Source: a virus (Duplodnaviria; Caudoviricetes). From it: a stretch of DNA of 34,164 bases. Shown in pieces: positions 17,338-25,089 of this stretch. How positions within the stretch are numbered: position 1 is the stretch's first letter; each line of letters starts with the position of its first letter. The DNA is taken from positions 1 through 34,164 of the IMG/VR virus record IMGVR_UViG_3300034072_000998; one strand, 5' to 3'. Position numbers and translations under genes: made by a program. The notes beneath the pieces are model-generated. The model was not told where the DNA came from. It saw only the letters and a list, made by a program, of their open reading frames with translations, and did no database searches.

Positions 17338-18357
17338 TCAGACGAACTCCACGTTGGCGCTCTCAGCCATGGCGAACTTGCCCAGCTGCTCGATCACATA
17401 GCCCTCGTTGCGGCTGTTGTAATCCTCCATCTGCGAGCGCTTCGGGTTCTCCAGCAGGTAGCGCCGCCAGCTGTCGTCCTGGAAGTAGATCGACAGGTTG
17501 TCGAAGCTGGTGACCACCACGCCCTTGGACGGGAAGAACGGCGCGGTGAACGAGGGCAGGCCGCCATAGGTGTCGATCACCTGGGCCATCTCCACGCGCT
17601 CTTTCTCGGACGGGGTGCTGCCGTGTTCGGCGTACATCTTGCCCTTGTCCTTGGCGAGCAGGTCGCGGCCGATAATGGCCACCAGGTCGCCGCCGTCGCG
17701 GTGTTCCTCGTCGATCATCAGCGACAGGTCGTAGACAAAGGCGTCCAGGTTGGCGAAGTCGCCGGTGTCACCGATCTGGATCTTGCCGGCGGCCTTGGTG
17801 CCCTGGGTGAGCACCTGCTGCGGGGCCTGTTCGCGGGCGATCTGCAGCCAGCCCTTGTTCACGTCCTGGAGCAGCGGATTAGCCACCCGGTCGGTGGTGG
17901 CGGCCACACTGGTGCCGTTCCAGCCGATCATCATGCGATCCAGGCCGATCTGCTTTTGCACGGCGGTGCTGTAGCGGTTGGCAAAGTCCTTGAACTTCGC
18001 CCAGGCGTCGATGCTGGCGAACGGCAGGGCCACGTCGGTGTGGGTGTCGAACAGCTCGTAGCCCTGGGCGTCCAGATCCAGCAGGTTGCGCGGCACGCGG
18101 TCGGCGTTCTGGGTGTTGGTGCGGCCGGTGGCCGGGCCGTTCAGGCCCATCATCACCTTCTGGCCCTTGATCTCGCTGACGCCGATCACGTTGATGCGGC
18201 GCAGGAAGGACGAACTCTGGGTGATCTTGTCATTCAGCGTCTGGGCCATGGTCGGCGTGACGTTGAATTCCTCGCGGGCGCTCTGCACGCCGTAGGCGCG
18301 GGCGATAGCGGCCTGCAGGCTGTGGTACTGCTGGCGGGAAAACTGGCTCAGTTTCAT
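17338..18357 (-). CDS. Major capsid protein (P2 gpN family)
   Basis: FNVTP..AQTL...I..SS.FL.RIN, LDR.MIGWNG, NPLLQDVNKGWLQ and NEGYVIE motifs. Confidence 0.97.
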   Translation of the reverse strand: MKLSQFSRQQYHSLQAAIARAYGVQSAREEFNVTPTMAQTLNDKITQSSSFLRRINVIGVSEIKGQKVMMGLNGPATGRTNTQNADRVPRNLLDLDAQGYELFDTHTDVALPFASIDAWAKFKDFANRYSTAVQKQIGLDRMMIGWNGTSVAATTDRVANPLLQDVNKGWLQIAREQAPQQVLTQGTKAAGKIQIGDTGDFANLDAFVYDLSLMIDEEHRDGGDLVAIIGRDLLAKDKGKMYAEHGSTPSEKERVEMAQVIDTYGGLPSFTAPFFPSKGVVVTSFDNLSIYFQDDSWRRYLLENPKRSQMEDYNSRNEGYVIEQLGKFAMAESANVEFV

Positions 18358-18358
18358 A

Positions 18359-19240
18359 TCAGCAATCCACCTTCATCTCGTCTTCGACGGCGCCGTGGGT
18401 CGGCGGCACATCCTTGCCATGGCCCTGATTCAGCGCGGTGTTGAACAGCTTGGTGAGGTCTTCCAGACCCTTCTGCAGGGTGCTGAACTGCTCGGCGGTG
18501 ACCGCCGGGGCCTGCTCGCCTTCGGGTGTGGCCTGCTCGCTCTCGGGGGTGGTCTTCTCGCCTTCGGGTTTGGCCGGCTTTGCGGCAAAGGTGGCGGCGC
18601 TCTTTTCCAGGCTGGTCGCCACGGTGCCGAGCTTGTCCACCGCAGCCGTGAAGGCCTCTACGGTTTTCGGATCCATTGGGGTGCTCTCGTTGGGGGTTGC
18701 GGGGGATGTGGCGCCGCCCAGGCCTGGCAGGCTCTTGAACAGGCGGGCGAGCAGGGAAGCGGCGGCGGCTTCCTCGCTGTCGGTCAGGGAAAGATCACCG
18801 AGGGGTTCCAGGCCGCCGAAGTGGTTGCCGGAATCGGCGCGGCGCGAGAAGTGCAGTTCCTGGGTGCCAACACTGGCCGGCTCGTCGGTGACGGCCAGGC
18901 CGCGCAGATAGGCCTTGCCGGTGTCGCTGAAGTCCGGCTGGATCTCCACGCTGGTGAACAGCTTTTGTGCGTCCTTGTTCAGCTGCAGCAGGCGGTCGTT
19001 CGGCTTCAGTTGGGCATACAGAGCCACCTTGCCGTCGGCGTCGTCTTCGGCCTTGAGGGCGGCCACGGTGCCGAAGCTGCCCAGGTAGCGAATGTGCTCG
19101 TACCAGATCACAGCGGTGTACAGGGCCGGGTCGTAGGTCTCGGCCATATCGCGCAATTCCTGCGCGTCGATGGTGCGACCGTCTACGGTTTTGCCGCTGG
19201 TGGCGACTCGTTTCCAGTCGGTGACGAGGGTTCGGGGCAT
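18359..19240 (-). CDS. Capsid scaffolding protein/protease (gpO family)
   Basis: VATSG.TVDGR.I, YDP..Y.A.IW.EH, QKLFTSVE and GLAVTD.PASVGT motifs. Confidence 0.95.
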   Translation of the reverse strand: MPRTLVTDWKRVATSGKTVDGRTIDAQELRDMAETYDPALYTAVIWYEHIRYLGSFGTVAALKAEDDADGKVALYAQLKPNDRLLQLNKDAQKLFTSVEIQPDFSDTGKAYLRGLAVTDEPASVGTQELHFSRRADSGNHFGGLEPLGDLSLTDSEEAAAASLLARLFKSLPGLGGATSPATPNESTPMDPKTVEAFTAAVDKLGTVATSLEKSAATFAAKPAKPEGEKTTPESEQATPEGEQAPAVTAEQFSTLQKGLEDLTKLFNTALNQGHGKDVPPTHGAVEDEMKVDC

Positions 19241-19402
19241 GGGTTCGGTTCGCTGGTGGGTGGGTCAGACACCGCCACCATAGGCACCGATCAGAACCTA
19301 AACAAACGCTTTAGAATCGCGCTGTAACTATCTGATAAAAATAGGAATAGCTAGAAACTACAGGGCGCGTTTAAGGCCACTTCGCCGCATAGACTGCGGC
19401 CC
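19241..19402. promoter_or_regulatory. Divergent late promoter region (probably Ogr-activated)
   Basis: AT-rich gap between divergent O and P genes, as in P2; imperfect dyad CGCGCTGTA...TACAGGGCGCG. Confidence 0.6.
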
Positions 19403-21457
19403 ATGCCATACGCCACCGAAGTCAAAGAAGCCGCTAAGCGCCTGTATCTGCGCCGCAGCAAACCGCGCGAGATCCAGGCCCAGCTAGGCCTGCCGAATGT
19501 CCGGATCGTCTACTACTGGATCGCCAAGGGCGGCTGGGACGAGATGCTGACGGACGAGGAACCCCTGGCCGCTGTCAGCCGGCGCATCACCCTGCTGCTG
19601 GAGAAGCCCGGCACCCTGGCCAAGGCCGAGCTGGACGAGCTGGACAGGCTCACCACCCTGCGCGAGCGCCTGCAAAAGCAGGCAGCCAGGCCGGCGCCGG
19701 TACTGGCCGAGGTGCCGGCCGAGATGCGCGACAGCCAGGGCGGCGAGCGCGGGCGCCGCGACCGGGTCGAGCGGGGCGGCAAGCGCCGCGAGAAGAAGCT
19801 GAAGAACGACATCAGCGAGCTGACCGAAGCGGACTTCCTGGAGAAGTTCACCAGCAAGATGTTCGCCTACCAGCAGGAACTGTTCGCCGCCAAGCGGAAC
19901 CCGCTCACCGCGCGGATCCGCAACATCCTGAAAAGTCGCCAGATCGGTTTGACCTACTACTTCGCCGCCGAAGCCTTCATGGATGCCGTGCTGACCGGCG
20001 ACAACCAGATGTTCCTGTCTGCCAGCCGGGCCCAGGCTGAGATTTTCCGCAGCTACATCGTCACCTTCGCCGCCGAGTGGTTCGGCCTCGAACTCAAGGG
20101 CAACCCCATCACCCTGAGCAAAGACGGCAAGCCCTGGGCCGAGCTGCGTTTCCTCTCCACCAACAGCGCCACCGCTCAGGGCCACCACGGCCACGTCTAC
20201 ATCGACGAGTATTTCTGGATCCGCGACTTCGCCAAGCTGGACGGCCTGGCCGGCGCCATGGCCTCGCATGCGAAGTGGCGGAAAACCTACTTTTCCACCC
20301 CCAGCGCGGTCACTCACCAGGCGTACCCGTTCTGGACTGGCGAGGAATTCCGCAACAGCAAGCGGGGCAAGAAACTGGCCAAGGACTGGCCCAGCGAAGC
20401 CCAGATTCACGCCGGGGCGCTGTGCCCGGATGGCCAGTGGCGCAAGGTCATCACCCTGGAAGACGCCATCGCCGGTGGCTGCGACCTGTTTGACATCGAC
20501 CGGCTGCGCCTGGAGAACGACGAAGAACGCTTCGCCCAGCTCTACATGTGCAAATTCATCGACAGCACGCAGAGCGTCTTTTCCCTGGCCGACCTGGAGC
20601 GCTGCTACTCCGACCGCGCCCTGTGGGCCGACTATGACCCCGATCCGAAGGCGGAACGGCCCTTCGGTAACAGCCCGGTCTGGCTCGGCTATGACCCCAG
20701 CCGCACGCGCGACGATGCCACCTGTGTGGTGGTGGCGCCGCCGCTGGAGCAGGGCGGCAAGTTCCGCATCCTGGAAAAGCACAGCTGGCGGGGCCACTCG
20801 TTCACCTACCAGGCCAGCCAGGTGAAGCGGCTGTGCGAGCGCTTCAACGTGCAGCACATCGGCATCGACGTGACCGGCGTCGGCTACGGGGTGTTCGACC
20901 TGGTGCGCGACTTCTACCCCCGCGCCACGCCGATCCACTACAGCCTGGAGGCGAAGAACAGCCTGGTGCTCAAAGCCCAGGACACGATCCAGGGCAGCCG
21001 CATCGAATGGGACGCTGGCTGGAACGATATCGCCGCCGCCTTCCTCACGATCAAGCGAGGCGCCACCGCCAGCGGCCAGATCACCTACAGCGCGAGCCGC
21101 ACCGATGCCACCGGCCACGCCGACATCGCCTGGGCCGTAATGCACGCGCTTGCAAACGAACCCCTCAACACCAACAAGCGGCGCCGCAGCCGCTGGTCGA
21201 CACTCTCACAGGGCAGCCATGGCAGAGCACACACCGGAGCAGCAACAGCAACCACAAACGCCCGTTCGGGCCTTTACGTTCGGGGCGCCGGAATCGGTGC
21301 TGGCCGGCAACCTGGGCGAGTACCTGGGCGTGTTCGCCAGCGACGACGGCAGGATCTACACCCCGCCGGTGTCACGCCGCGGACTCGCTCGGCTGCTGCG
21401 CGCGAACGCCCACCACGGCGCCATTCCCAAGTTCAAACGCAACCTGCTGTTGCGTGA
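19403..21457 (+). CDS. Terminase ATPase/large subunit (gpP family)
   Basis: N-terminal HTH, ILKSRQIG.T (Walker A), YIDEYFW (Walker B), FSTPS, GYDPSR..D nuclease motif, GHADIAWA. Confidence 0.95.
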   Translation: MPYATEVKEAAKRLYLRRSKPREIQAQLGLPNVRIVYYWIAKGGWDEMLTDEEPLAAVSRRITLLLEKPGTLAKAELDELDRLTTLRERLQKQAARPAPVLAEVPAEMRDSQGGERGRRDRVERGGKRREKKLKNDISELTEADFLEKFTSKMFAYQQELFAAKRNPLTARIRNILKSRQIGLTYYFAAEAFMDAVLTGDNQMFLSASRAQAEIFRSYIVTFAAEWFGLELKGNPITLSKDGKPWAELRFLSTNSATAQGHHGHVYIDEYFWIRDFAKLDGLAGAMASHAKWRKTYFSTPSAVTHQAYPFWTGEEFRNSKRGKKLAKDWPSEAQIHAGALCPDGQWRKVITLEDAIAGGCDLFDIDRLRLENDEERFAQLYMCKFIDSTQSVFSLADLERCYSDRALWADYDPDPKAERPFGNSPVWLGYDPSRTRDDATCVVVAPPLEQGGKFRILEKHSWRGHSFTYQASQVKRLCERFNVQHIGIDVTGVGYGVFDLVRDFYPRATPIHYSLEAKNSLVLKAQDTIQGSRIEWDAGWNDIAAAFLTIKRGATASGQITYSASRTDATGHADIAWAVMHALANEPLNTNKRRRSRWSTLSQGSHGRAHTGAATATTNARSGLYVRGAGIGAGRQPGRVPGRVRQRRRQDLHPAGVTPRTRSAAARERPPRRHSQVQTQPAVA

Positions 21458-22217
21458 CTTCCGCGCCTCGGCGGGCTGCAGCGCGCAGACCATGGGCCGG
21501 GCCGCGCTCGACTTCGTGGTGTTCGGCGAAGCCTACTTCCAGCGCCTGCGCAACATCATCGGCCAGGTGCTCGAGCTGCAGCACCTGCCGGCGATCAACA
21601 TGCGGCGGAAAGTGGGGGGTGGCTTCGTCATGCTGCAGCCTGGCGGGCAGGAACTGCACTTCGCTGAGGACGAGGTGGAGCACGTCATGGACTACGACGT
21701 GGAGCAGGATGTCTACGGGGTGCCCGACTATCTGGGCGGCATGCACTCGCTGTTGCTCAACGAGTCGGCCACCCTGTTCCGGCGCCGCTACTACAACAAC
21801 GGCGCGCACGCCGGCTTCATCTTCTACACCAACGATCCGGATCTGACCGACGAGGACGAGGAACGCCTGCGCGCCCAGATCGAAGGCACCAAGGGCGTGG
21901 GCAATTTCCGCTCGATGTTCGTCAACATCCCCGGCGGCACCGATAAGGCCATCCAGATCATCCCCGTGGGTGACGTGGCCACCAAAGACGAGTTCGAGCG
22001 GATCAAGAACATCACCCGCGCCGATGTTATCGCCGCCCACCGGATGAACCCGGCTCTGGCCGGCATCATGCCCGAGAACAGCGCGGGCTTCGGCGACATC
22101 GAGAAGATCGACCGGGTGTACACCAACAACGAGATTCGCCCCATCGCCCAGCTGTTTCTGCAGCTCAACGACACCCTGCGGGCAGATCGGCGGATTAGGT
22201 TTGAAGGCGTTGGCTAA
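21219..22217 (+). CDS. Portal protein (P2 gpQ/PBSX family)
   Basis: Probable start MAEHTPEQ; YGVPDY, LLNESATLFRRRYY.NGAHAGFI and KG.GNFRSMF motifs. Confidence 0.95.
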   Translation: MAEHTPEQQQQPQTPVRAFTFGAPESVLAGNLGEYLGVFASDDGRIYTPPVSRRGLARLLRANAHHGAIPKFKRNLLLRDFRASAGCSAQTMGRAALDFVVFGEAYFQRLRNIIGQVLELQHLPAINMRRKVGGGFVMLQPGGQELHFAEDEVEHVMDYDVEQDVYGVPDYLGGMHSLLLNESATLFRRRYYNNGAHAGFIFYTNDPDLTDEDEERLRAQIEGTKGVGNFRSMFVNIPGGTDKAIQIIPVGDVATKDEFERIKNITRADVIAAHRMNPALAGIMPENSAGFGDIEKIDRVYTNNEIRPIAQLFLQLNDTLRADRRIRFEGVG

Positions 22218-22220
22218 GCG

Positions 22221-22649
22221 CTATTTCGGTGTGAGTTTGGAGACGTAATCCTTGGCTACGCCAACCAACTCACTTGCAACGCCTACTAGCCCTTCTGGCC
22301 AGGCTGGCCGGCTGTCCTCTTGTGGACGGGGCTCCGCAGATAGTCTCGACAGCAAGATAGTGAGACCAACGGGGAGAGCTGCGAGAAGCCATACAAGCAT
22401 GTGGTCAACGGTTATTTTTCCGAGCATTGATTTCCAGACGTATGCCCCGAAGGTGAAGTACAGAAGGATTGTCACCGCGTAGGTTGTGCAGAACACCCAT
22501 CCACGCTGTGCTCGTCTGGTTGTGGCCTCATCTAGCTGGCTCTGATCCCATTTCTCTCGGATCAAAATCTCCTGGCCGTCGCTAGGAGGCTTGGGCGGGA
22601 TATGGCCGGCGCCCGCAGAGAGATCCGTTGTGTCGTCACCGTTTGCCAA
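22221..22649 (-). CDS. Two-TM membrane protein; partner of the peptidase gene
   Basis: TTG start with AAGGA RBS, 9 nt after the peptidase stop; polar N-tail, two hydrophobic helices (WVFCTTYAVTILLYFTFGAYVW; MLVWLLAALPVGLTILL). Confidence 0.75.
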   Translation of the reverse strand: MANGDDTTDLSAGAGHIPPKPPSDGQEILIREKWDQSQLDEATTRRAQRGWVFCTTYAVTILLYFTFGAYVWKSMLGKITVDHMLVWLLAALPVGLTILLSRLSAEPRPQEDSRPAWPEGLVGVASELVGVAKDYVSKLTPK

Positions 22650-22658
22650 ATGCTGTCC

Positions 22659-23162
22659 TTAGTAGTGATGTGCTGGCGACGGGAAAGGACTGCGGAGGAG
22701 TCCAAGGTTCTGCAAGCGGTACTGCATCGCCGCGCCAGAGACATTGAGAATTCGGGCCAGCTCTTGGGTATCCGTGATGTTTTCACGGAACACAAGCCAG
22801 TCCAGCACCTCCTTAGGCATCAGCAACTCGGCCGCGAAGGTGTTCGCGTCTCTTTCACGTAATTGCATGGTGGTGGAGCTGTAATTTCGGGCGTTGTCCC
22901 GCATGGCGCGACCGTGCTGCAACAGCATGTGCCCCAGTTCATGGGCAATGGTAAAGCGCTGCCGCACAATCGCATCGTTTGGGTTGAAGCGAATTGTGGG
23001 GATCCCGTACTCGATGTCGAAGCTGCCGCTCAGGTCATGATCGGACATACTCCAGTCCTCCAGCACCCGAGCGCCAGCGGCCTCAGCGATCCTCTTGGGG
23101 TTGACAGGGATCTGTCTGTCCCAGAACTGATCCAAGGCGGCACGTGCTTGGTAGACAGGCAT
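22659..23162 (-). CDS. ImmA/IrrE-family Zn metallopeptidase (Peptidase M78-like)
   Basis: RQRFTIAHELGH (HExxH), E..AN.FAAELLMP, C-terminal LA..LNVS..AM.YRL; AAGGAGG RBS. Confidence 0.92.
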   Translation of the reverse strand: MPVYQARAALDQFWDRQIPVNPKRIAEAAGARVLEDWSMSDHDLSGSFDIEYGIPTIRFNPNDAIVRQRFTIAHELGHMLLQHGRAMRDNARNYSSTTMQLRERDANTFAAELLMPKEVLDWLVFRENITDTQELARILNVSGAAMQYRLQNLGLLRSPFPSPAHHY

Positions 23163-23213
23163 TTCGACCTCCTTTGGCTGATGGCTGATGACACCCCTTG
23201 GAGGGGGCTGCGC

Positions 23214-23243
23214 ATTCTACAGAAAACCTGTTCATGGATACAG
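23214..23243 (-). promoter_or_regulatory. Putative SOS promoter with LexA box
   Basis: CTGTATCCATGAACAG (CTGT-N8-ACAG; 23243..23228) overlaps the -35 position of a TAGAAT -10 element (23219..23214) upstream of the peptidase. Confidence 0.72.
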
Positions 23244-23454
23244 TGTCTGCGGATATGTGCTGTGTATATAGGAGCAAATACCAAAAATGTGAAATAGGAA
23301 AGCTCAACTTTATCTATGCATTTCATAGACCAGGTTGGCCGAAGGAGTGATAGAAAAGTGAAGGAGGCACTACTGGTGGTGTGCCTCCGGCCGATGGCCC
23401 CTACAGGTTGTGGCACAATGGTGTCCGGCTGAACACCTCGGGGGAGGGAATACG

Positions 23455-23712
23455 GTGCGGATCTACTGCAGAGAGTGTAAGGGGAAGGCGAGGATTGCCT
23501 CGCGCAACGAGCTGTCGCTGGATTTCGCTAACCTGTACTGCCAGTGCCTGGAGCCGGGTTGTGGGCACCAGTTCGTCATGACCCTGGCCTTCTCCCACTC
23601 CACCCGCCCCTCGGCGGCAGCTATCGACCAGATCCTGTTCGACCGCCTCCGCGACCTGCCTCGCGCCCAGCAGCGGCAGCTGTTCGATCAGCTCGGAACG
23701 CTGCCGGCCTGA
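23455..23712 (+). CDS. ogr: Ogr/Delta zinc-finger late transcription activator
   Basis: GTG start after GGGGAGGG; CRECKGKARI...LYCQC..PGCGHQF C4 motif. Confidence 0.9.
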   Translation: MRIYCRECKGKARIASRNELSLDFANLYCQCLEPGCGHQFVMTLAFSHSTRPSAAAIDQILFDRLRDLPRAQQRQLFDQLGTLPA

Positions 23713-23894
23713 CCTAGCATCGCGCGACACTTCCGCAGCCTCTCCGATGCCCAATTGGAGATGGTCTGTATTCCACCACGGTTGTACTCGTCGAACTCAA
23801 CGTGCCCTACTGCATAGCCGATGCAGCTAATAACCTGTGCAACTTCTTCAAGTTCGTCCATCGCGTGAATGTTGGTTAGATCGTGTCCGTTCAT
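23688..23894 (-). CDS. Small hypothetical protein (68 aa)
   Basis: GGAG RBS, own predicted promoter, acidic helical sequence; overlaps the 3' end of ogr by 25 nt. Confidence 0.55.
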   Translation of the reverse strand: MNGHDLTNIHAMDELEEVAQVISCIGYAVGHVEFDEYNRGGIQTISNWASERLRKCRAMLGQAGSVPS

Positions 23895-23933
23895 CCTGCG
23901 TACTCCATGAAATGCAGTCGGTGACGGTGGCGA

Positions 23934-23963
23934 ACTTTACTTATCGAAATTTTGCGAGGTCAA
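23934..23963 (-). promoter_or_regulatory. Sigma70-like promoter
   Basis: TTGACC-N18-TAAAGT upstream of the 68-aa ORF. Confidence 0.5.
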
Positions 23964-24060
23964 GCACTTTTTTTGGCTTGCATATTTCGTTTCCCATGTT
24001 AGGTGCTGAAACGCTTTCATATCCCAAGTCAGGGTCTGAAAGCTAGGCGTGGCGCGACAT

Positions 24061-24220
24061 TGCGTAAATCCGTAAGCCCGTAATTACGTATTTAAGCAAC
24101 TGCTTAATTACGTACTCACGAATTCGCTAATTCGTGCCTTCGATATAGTGATATTGCACCTATCAAAATGTACAAAAGTGCAAATGCCGAAATGGCCAAA
24201 AGTGCAAAAGCACAATGGTA
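24061..24220. repeat. Degenerate 8-bp-period tandem array of three motif types
   Basis: Octamers in one register: TGCGTAAA TCCGTAAG CCCGTAAT TACGTATT ... TACGTACT; CGATATAG TGATATTG; CAAAAGTG CAAATGCC GAAATGGC CAAAAGTG CAAAAGCA. Confidence 0.8.
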
Positions 24221-24300
24221 TACAACGCTTCTGGCGGGTGTGAGCGCTGGGCGATGTTTTGCTATCGCGATTTCGATATAACGATACTGCACCGTGCTAA

Positions 24301-24330
24301 TTCCGCTCGAAACTTCAATTTCGAGCGGAA
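24301..24330. repeat. Perfect 12-bp inverted repeat
   Basis: TTCCGCTCGAAA-CTTCAA-TTTCGAGCGGAA. Confidence 0.9.
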
Positions 24331-24341
24331 ACGCGGTCAAG

Positions 24342-24366
24342 AAAAAGGGGCGCCAAAGCGCCCCTT
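24342..24366 (-). terminator. Terminator of the early operon
   Basis: AAGGGGCGC-CAAA-GCGCCCCTT stem with a U-tract on the minus strand, downstream of the last early gene. Confidence 0.8.
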
Positions 24367-24419
24367 GTGGTGGGTGGTCTGGGGGATTCAAACCCCAGGT
24401 CTGGGTTTGGTTTCCTCGG

Positions 24420-24638
24420 TCAGCTTGCCATTTTGTCGGCCTGGATCAGCTGCGATCTGGCGTTGAGCCAGGCGCGGCGGTCTCCGGGTGTGCCGCTGAA
24501 GAACACCGCCCGCCGGCCTTCCTTGCTGAACATCAGGTGCAGGCTTCTGGTCTGCGCTACCACCCAGCCCGCCGCCTCGGCGAAGCTGACCAGGCGCTTC
24601 ACGTCCTCGCCAGAGCCGCGCAGGAAACGGTTACGCAT
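24420..24638 (-). CDS. HicA-like small protein (72 aa)
   Basis: GGAGGTG RBS; AEAAGW...TRS.HL.F....V.FSGTPGD.RA..N pattern resembles HicA-fold proteins. Confidence 0.55.
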   Translation of the reverse strand: MRNRFLRGSGEDVKRLVSFAEAAGWVVAQTRSLHLMFSKEGRRAVFFSGTPGDRRAWLNARSQLIQADKMAS

Positions 24639-24834
24639 CGGCCACCTCCGGCAGAGAGAAGGTGCACACGCCATCGATGTCGCTTTCCAGCTCCACCAGG
24701 TCGGGGTTCTGGCCCAGCTTGCTGGCCAGGTTCTCGGCGGCACGGCGGGCGCTTTCGGCGCTGCTGGCGGTGGCCTTGTTGCCCTTGGCGCGGGCCACGT
24801 AGCTGCCGGCGCTCAGTCGGGTGGTGATGATCAT
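24631..24834 (-). CDS. Hypothetical early protein (67 aa)
   Basis: GGAG RBS, probable start MIITTRLS, overlaps the downstream gene. Confidence 0.65.
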   Translation of the reverse strand: MIITTRLSAGSYVARAKGNKATASSAESARRAAENLASKLGQNPDLVELESDIDGVCTFSLPEVADA

Positions 24835-24846
24835 GCGGATCTCCAA

Positions 24847-25089
24847 TCAGACAACGTGGAAAGTGGTAGGGCGTGGCTTGCGTGGGGCTGCCAGCAGGGT
24901 GGCAATCACCCGGGCATCGGCGTCGGTCAGCTCGCCGCGTTGTTGGGCCTGGGTGGTCAGTTGCTCCAGGTGTTCACGGGATGCCTGGCTGCGGCTCACC
25001 TGGAAGCCGATCAGGGCCTGGCCCAACAGCAGGTGGCGGTCGGGTGTGGTAGCCTTCACGGCGCTACCGCGTGGGTGTTGTGCTTGCAT
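24847..25089 (-). CDS. Hypothetical early protein (80 aa)
   Basis: AAGGAGA RBS, probable start MQAQHPR. Confidence 0.6.
   Translation of the reverse strand: MQAQHPRGSAVKATTPDRHLLLGQALIGFQVSRSQASREHLEQLTTQAQQRGELTDADARVIATLLAAPRKPRPTTFHVV

Noticed and set aside
23258-23275. Second LexA box (CTGTGTATATAGGAGC)
   Set aside because: The right half-site lacks CAG; at best a weak half-site.
24116-24391. 91-aa minus-strand ORF with a hydrophobic segment (possible type I toxin)
   Set aside because: It crosses the early terminator and palindrome, has no convincing RBS, and its hydrophobicity derives from the octamer repeats.
24367-24400. tRNA-like 3' fragment (GGGGTTTGAATCCCC...ACCA on minus strand) as a relic att site
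   Set aside because: The T-arm is imperfect, acceptor spacing does not fit and there is no second copy in the window.
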